DNA from: a virus
Strand: one strand, 5' to 3'
IMG/VR virus record: IMGVR_UViG_3300033148_006102
Location: 131,109 to 195,108 of that record
DNA: 64,000 bases
Position numbers and translations under genes: made by a program. The notes beneath the pieces were generated by a model. It saw only the letters and a program-made list of their open reading frames with translations. It made no database searches and was not told where the DNA came from. Of the stretch, positions 63,993-64,000 are shown piece after piece. Positions within the stretch are counted from its first letter, which is position 1. Each line of letters starts with the position of its first letter.

Positions 63993-64000
63993 CGTGGCAT

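Overview
Densely packed 64-kb segment of a large contractile-tailed dsDNA bacteriophage (myovirus-like). No rRNA, CRISPR array, integrase or reverse transcriptase was seen. 1-16.3 kb (+): head, neck and tail module (putative prohead protease, acidic scaffold-like proteins, major capsid protein, free-standing HNH endonuclease, neck proteins, tail sheath, tail tube). 16.3-18.6 kb (+): small regulatory cassette ending in a sigma70-family factor. 18.6-31.7 kb (-): replication/recombination operon (histone-H1-like protein, Cas4-like nuclease, resolvase-like nuclease, RecA, SF2 helicase, family A DNA polymerase, SSB-like protein, primase, DnaB). 31.8-63.3 kb (-): about 50 mostly small genes, including two PAPS-reductase-family genes that each carry one in-frame stop, a C5 DNA methyltransferase, peptide deformylase, ATP-dependent ligase, an ADP-ribosyltransferase-like gene, an RNase H-like gene, a DnaC-like loader, an HTH replication initiator with internal iterons, and a DUF932-like gene. 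The most notable unexplained signals are: (1) a 23-bp quasi-palindrome, CTGGKACTAT-N3-ATAATCCCAG, present 8-9 times about every 4-11 kb, inside genes as well as between them; (2) a tRNA-like RNA with a 12-nt-longer anticodon arm that leads the initiator operon; (3) a K-x-A motif saturating the internal head proteins; (4) a shared K[KR][KR][IL][KR]R basic motif on unrelated proteins. All counts and alignments were done by eye and all product calls come from motif recognition, not database searches.
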